Positions 32,327-35,622 of a stretch of DNA of 35,622 nucleotides are shown here, one piece after another. The notes under the pieces are model-generated. The model had not been told where the DNA came from. It searched no databases and saw nothing but the letters and a program-made list of their open reading frames with translations. The stretch spans positions 1 to 35,622 of IMG/VR virus record IMGVR_UViG_3300050821_016113. One strand, written 5' to 3'. Positions within the stretch are counted from its first letter, which is position 1. Each line of letters opens with the position of its first letter. The translations under genes were made by a program, and so were the position numbers. Origin of the DNA: a virus.

Positions 32327-33667
32327 ATGAGACAGCTCTTTCAAACATTTCAGTCTGTATCAAACATCGACTTGATCAATAGTATTCGAAAAGAAAACTT
32401 CGGTCAAGTAGGAAATTTGGCTGATCCAATCGTGCATCCAAAAGTTAAAGCTTTGCATGAGCCTTTCTTTAGAGAATTCCCAACCGCTAGCAAATTAGTA
32501 CTCCGATTCTTGCTGGACAAAACGGTCCTCCATAATGGCAAGATACTTTATTATTCATGGGGATCTATTGCCAAAGCAACGGGCTTGTCTCGTTCTTCTG
32601 TCCAAAAGATAATGCGCATGCTTCAAGAATATGGGCTCATCGCCAAGATAAAGCGTAACTATAAGACCTGTTACTACCGGGTATCTTCATTTTTCTTTGA
32701 GCCACACGTTAGAAAGTTTCTTTCTATTTTATTTGTGGGCGTTTCACTCTTTTTACCAGTGCTTTTGATGTCTTTTCCTGGCCCTCGAAAACAGCAGCAG
32801 AACGAACAATGTGCACAAGTAGTTAATAACGGTAATTATTTAAATATACTTTCTCTAATTTACCATTCTCAACCGACCCGATCCGGGCGTTTTCAAAACA
32901 ACTGCGAGAGATATGCTCAAGCGACTGGGGCGTTCCCCCAGGAGCACCGTATCGGTATCGGTAAAAAAAGCAGGAGTAACGAAGCAATGCAAAGTCCCTT
33001 TGACGGTGTTTACAACCCGATCCGACAATCGATTCGCGATCTCAAATCGCTACAGCTCACAGAATACGGTCAGATAGAACTCGAATCGTTTCCAGACACA
33101 GCGTTAGAATTTGCAGAAAAGAAGATGGCCTCTGTAGCAAGACCCCGAGACCGATTTAAGCTCTTTATGTCTTTCTGTAACGTTTTCTGTCGCGATAACA
33201 AAATCGTACCGAATTGGCGTAAAGTGTATTCGCTCAGAGAAATGTACCCGAAACCTGCCGATGCGATGTTGTATATCGAACCAAAAGAATCTCCTCAAAC
33301 GGCAAAGGCGGTAGGCTACAACAAGCCGTATACTCGTTCTACAATCGACGATGAACTGAATGCCAAGGTCAAAGCAGATGCTGAACGTAGGCAAAGAGAA
33401 TGGGAACTTTCTCGTGGCATACTCACCGATGAAGATCGCTTCGAACGACTTATCAAACCCAATCTCAACTTGATGCCATCATGGGCAGTTGCAGACTTGG
33501 TTGCCCGCGGTAAGTTACCCGACTGTCCAGAAACTCAAGCACGTATTGCCCAAGAACTACCATCAACAATCCACCAAAAATCAACGCAGCCAAACGATTT
33601 TGAAATTGGTATCGATGTGGTTGACGACATGGAAGATCATTCGACTGAGGGCATCTTCGATTGGTAG
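32327..33667 (+). CDS. wHTH DNA-binding protein, putative replication initiator
   Basis: SWGSIAKATGLSRSSVQKIMRMLQEYGLIAKIKR helix-turn-helix, strong SD aaggag, acidic C-terminus and palindrome repeats directly downstream. An unusual hydrophobic stretch FLSILFVGVSLFLPVLLMSF is present. Confidence 0.45.
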   Translation: MRQLFQTFQSVSNIDLINSIRKENFGQVGNLADPIVHPKVKALHEPFFREFPTASKLVLRFLLDKTVLHNGKILYYSWGSIAKATGLSRSSVQKIMRMLQEYGLIAKIKRNYKTCYYRVSSFFFEPHVRKFLSILFVGVSLFLPVLLMSFPGPRKQQQNEQCAQVVNNGNYLNILSLIYHSQPTRSGRFQNNCERYAQATGAFPQEHRIGIGKKSRSNEAMQSPFDGVYNPIRQSIRDLKSLQLTEYGQIELESFPDTALEFAEKKMASVARPRDRFKLFMSFCNVFCRDNKIVPNWRKVYSLREMYPKPADAMLYIEPKESPQTAKAVGYNKPYTRSTIDDELNAKVKADAERRQREWELSRGILTDEDRFERLIKPNLNLMPSWAVADLVARGKLPDCPETQARIAQELPSTIHQKSTQPNDFEIGIDVVDDMEDHSTEGIFDW

Positions 33668-33670
33668 TTT

Positions 33671-33726
33671 GAGACGTCGACGCTTTGTCGACAACTGAAC
33701 TATCGACAAATTGTCGACGGTTGACC
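33671..33726. repeat. Cluster of GTCGAC-core palindromes / TTGTCGAC repeats (candidate origin or operator array)
   Basis: gacGTCGACgctttGTCGACaactgaactaTCGACaaattGTCGACggTTGACc. Centres are spaced 11, 15 and 11 bp apart. Confidence 0.6.
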
Positions 33727-33782
33727 AAACATAAAGGCATGCTATGGTTATTTTTAGTGTAACGATTATAGAAAGGGTCATC

Positions 33783-34031
33783 ATGAAATTACACTATCTT
33801 TTTCTGGTGTTATTGCTCTTGCCGCCATTACAAGCGCGCGCAGCCGTATCGACCAGTGAATTCCAGGAAATAATTTTTATTTCCGTTTCCGGCGGTGCAG
33901 CTGTAGGTGGCACTCATTATGCTCTCAAACCATCTTCTTCTGAAGGCGACCGTTATCGCGGTCTTATAGCAGTTGTTCTTGGTCTTGGGGGAATAATCTT
34001 TTACAAGAGGATCTTAGGAACGTTTAGGTAA
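33783..34031 (+). CDS. Small exported/membrane protein (82 aa; the track starts at 33744)
   Basis: MKLHYLFLVLLLLPPLQARA signal-like N-terminus and C-terminal LIAVVLGLGGIIFY. Confidence 0.55.
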   Translation: MKLHYLFLVLLLLPPLQARAAVSTSEFQEIIFISVSGGAAVGGTHYALKPSSSEGDRYRGLIAVVLGLGGIIFYKRILGTFR

Positions 34032-34046
34032 AAAGAAAGGAGAGTA

Positions 34047-34439
34047 ATGGAGCGCCGTACTTTATATTACACCCTTCTCGGCGACCCAATCCCCCTCTTA
34101 CGAGCACGCCACGGATTACGCCGTACTTGGGACTCTCAAAAACAAATTAAGCTGGTCAAAGGCATAGAACTCCGCAATCAACACAATGACCATGATCTTC
34201 TTTCAGGACCTTTGCGAGTAGACATATCGTTTTACTTTGCTATACCTAAGTCCCGAAAAAAGAATACGTTACTCGGAGCTCCCTTTGTTCAGGTGCCAGA
34301 TCTAGACAATCTTATTAAATTCTTCTTTGACCTTGGGTCTGGCATCTTGTATGACGATGATAAGCTCATTGTCGAAATAATTAGTCGCAAATTGTATGAT
34401 AATCTCCCAAGAACAGAGATAAAAATTACGGAATTGTAA
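34047..34439 (+). CDS. rusA: RusA-family Holliday junction resolvase
   Basis: ...RVDISFYFAIPKS....VPDLDNLIKFFFDLGSGILYDDDKLI... is the typical RusA acidic motif. Confidence 0.75.
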   Translation: MERRTLYYTLLGDPIPLLRARHGLRRTWDSQKQIKLVKGIELRNQHNDHDLLSGPLRVDISFYFAIPKSRKKNTLLGAPFVQVPDLDNLIKFFFDLGSGILYDDDKLIVEIISRKLYDNLPRTEIKITEL

Positions 34440-34441
34440 AT

Positions 34442-34957
34442 ATGGCACGTAAAATCGCCCAACATAGCACGGATAAAAAAGGCTTGTCGAAAGTTGGTAA
34501 CACGTGGATGACCATCAAAGACGCGGCTTTATGCTACTTTCCAGAGAGGTCGGCATGGCGGCAGCGTCTCATATACTCTCTGGAGCAATGGGTGAATGAG
34601 AAAGACGAAAAGGGGAGGCTTCCATTAGAGGTGATGCAATTCTGTTCGACATACAAAATCCCCTATCAAACGTTTATCCGTTGGTGCCATGATCACGAAG
34701 ATATTGGGCAGGTTTACACGAATGTGAAATTGACTTTAGCATCCCGCCGTAGAGTTGGGGCAATGTTTAGAGATTATGATAAAGATGCGGTCTATAAAGA
34801 TCTTCATCGTTTAGATCCAGAATGGCATGAGATCAATATGTATCATGCTGCTCTTAAAGATAAAGAACGATCCGATAATGAACAAAAGATTGTGATTATA
34901 GAGCGATTCCCAGAGACCGATGTGGTGCCGAAGAAAGTGACCCATGAAGTGGAATAA
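34442..34957 (+). CDS. Possible small terminase (gp3-like HTH) or DNA-binding protein
   Basis: LEVMQFCSTYKIPYQTFIRWCHDHEDIGQVYTNVKLTLASRRRVGAMF resembles the gp3-type packaging HTH pattern, but the gene lies 2.4 kb from terL. Confidence 0.3.
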   Translation: MARKIAQHSTDKKGLSKVGNTWMTIKDAALCYFPERSAWRQRLIYSLEQWVNEKDEKGRLPLEVMQFCSTYKIPYQTFIRWCHDHEDIGQVYTNVKLTLASRRRVGAMFRDYDKDAVYKDLHRLDPEWHEINMYHAALKDKERSDNEQKIVIIERFPETDVVPKKVTHEVE

Positions 34958-35195
34958 GATAGCGAACACAACGCCCCAAGACTTGCAGCTTTGTGTAGTT
35001 ATGGATGATGGCGGTGATTATTATGTCGCTTATTATTATGAAAATCCGCCGCGGAGAGAATTTAAGTTAGACGATGGACAAACTCTTTATGTATCGGGAC
35101 AGTATTTTCTCGGAAATTGGCATTTTACTTTATGCCCTTGTTGCGATGAAGTTGGGAAAATAATCTATTGGATGCCATTACAGGAAGTTCCATAA
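34944..35195 (+). CDS. DUF551-like protein (83 aa)
   Basis: MKWNKIANTTPQD...IIYWMPLQEVP. Confidence 0.45.
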   Translation: MKWNKIANTTPQDLQLCVVMDDGGDYYVAYYYENPPRREFKLDDGQTLYVSGQYFLGNWHFTLCPCCDEVGKIIYWMPLQEVP

Positions 35196-35214
35196 GCACG
35201 AAAAGGAATAGTGG

Positions 35215-35511
35215 ATGATGACATACTTACCATGGGTGGACGTAGAGGACAGTGAACATAAGCCCGTTGCAGGGGACTTTGTAATGGTACGCAATAAAAC
35301 ATCAGGAATTGGCATGGCACGGGTTTCAGGATCAAACGACAATGGCATTCAAACGAATGAAATCCTGTTTGCGTATGCTAACGGCTCAACCGCTAAAGGC
35401 TGGTGGCCTGATGTTAAATTCTGGATTGCTGTAGCTGATCTGCCGTTTCCTGCTCACACTCATAAGTGGGAATGTCGTAAGTGTGAAATTGTTTTGGAAG
35501 GAACAGAATGA
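35215..35511 (+). CDS. DUF551-like protein (98 aa)
   Basis: LPWVDVEDSEHKPVAGDFVMV...VKFWIAVADLPFP. Confidence 0.4.
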   Translation: MMTYLPWVDVEDSEHKPVAGDFVMVRNKTSGIGMARVSGSNDNGIQTNEILFAYANGSTAKGWWPDVKFWIAVADLPFPAHTHKWECRKCEIVLEGTE

Positions 35512-35622
35512 ACGCACCTATGAAATTATCTGACCATCAAACTCTCTTTGCTGAAGATGTTGGAAGACTTCTCGATTATATCTACCAAGAAGGTTACAAG
35601 TGCACGCTTGGTGAAGCATTTA
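35508..35622 (+). CDS. Endolysin (peptidase M15), 5' part; continues at base 98 of the window after the 97-bp overlap
   Basis: ATGA overlap with the previous stop. MNAPMKLSDHQTLFAEDVGRLL... is identical to the frame-1 start of the window. Confidence 0.75.
   Translation, partial: MNAPMKLSDHQTLFAEDVGRLLDYIYQEGYKCTLGEAF
35526..35622. repeat. Terminal direct overlap; identical to 1-97
   Basis: See the first feature. Confidence 0.95.

Noticed and set aside
33465-33784. Minus-strand ORFs 33465-33740 and 33581-33784, and plus ORF 33489-33698, overlapping the rep 3' end and the palindrome cluster
   Set aside because: They have no RBS, overlap a better-supported gene and a non-coding repeat region, and would be isolated reverse-orientation genes without a promoter or terminator.

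Overview
The window is one complete tailed-phage genome. Bases 1-97 are identical to 35526-35622, so the unique length is about 35,525 bp, and a peptidase-M15 endolysin gene runs across the junction. No homology search was possible. All calls rest on reading the six-frame track, recognising motifs from memory, gene order, and hairpins or repeats found by eye. Layout: (i) Rightward packaging/head block: three small ORFs, TerL, portal, small basic proteins, scaffold-like protein and major capsid protein. (ii) Rightward structural block: two tandem paralogues, adaptor-like and nozzle-like proteins, and three low-complexity internal-virion-like proteins. (iii) An 8-kb host-recognition cluster with at least four fibre-like proteins: one with a C1q/TNF-like tip, one with a glycine-rich C-terminal domain, and one with YadA-like repeats plus a peptidase-S74 chaperone. 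(iv) A leftward early operon containing an Erf recombinase. (v) A rightward block with a wHTH replication-initiator-like gene, GTCGAC palindrome repeats, RusA, a gp3-like small-terminase candidate and DUF551-like genes. The order (portal, scaffold, MCP, tubular-like proteins, internal proteins, fibres) looks podovirus-like. I saw no integrase, CI-type repressor, DNA or RNA polymerase, tRNA, CRISPR array or reverse transcriptase. Most interesting observations: (1) A leftward operon at 20573-21527 encodes a 59-aa ribbon-helix-helix protein, a zinc-ribbon membrane protein and four mini membrane proteins. It is driven by a sigma70-like promoter whose spacer carries the palindrome ACTACAWWTGTAG. 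The same 29-nt promoter/operator element recurs 10.5 kb away in front of the Erf operon. (2) A phased array of 24-nt repeats with a co-varying dyad lies in the leader of the capsid gene. (3) A 20-nt motif, TTGAACGRCGGRAYGAATAA, abuts three consecutive start codons whether or not it is itself coding. (4) A TTTT-TAA site is followed by a transmembrane helix in the +1 frame, inside a moron-like cassette inserted between the scaffold and capsid genes. (5) A C1q-like fibre tip, with about 137-aa modules shared between two fibre genes.
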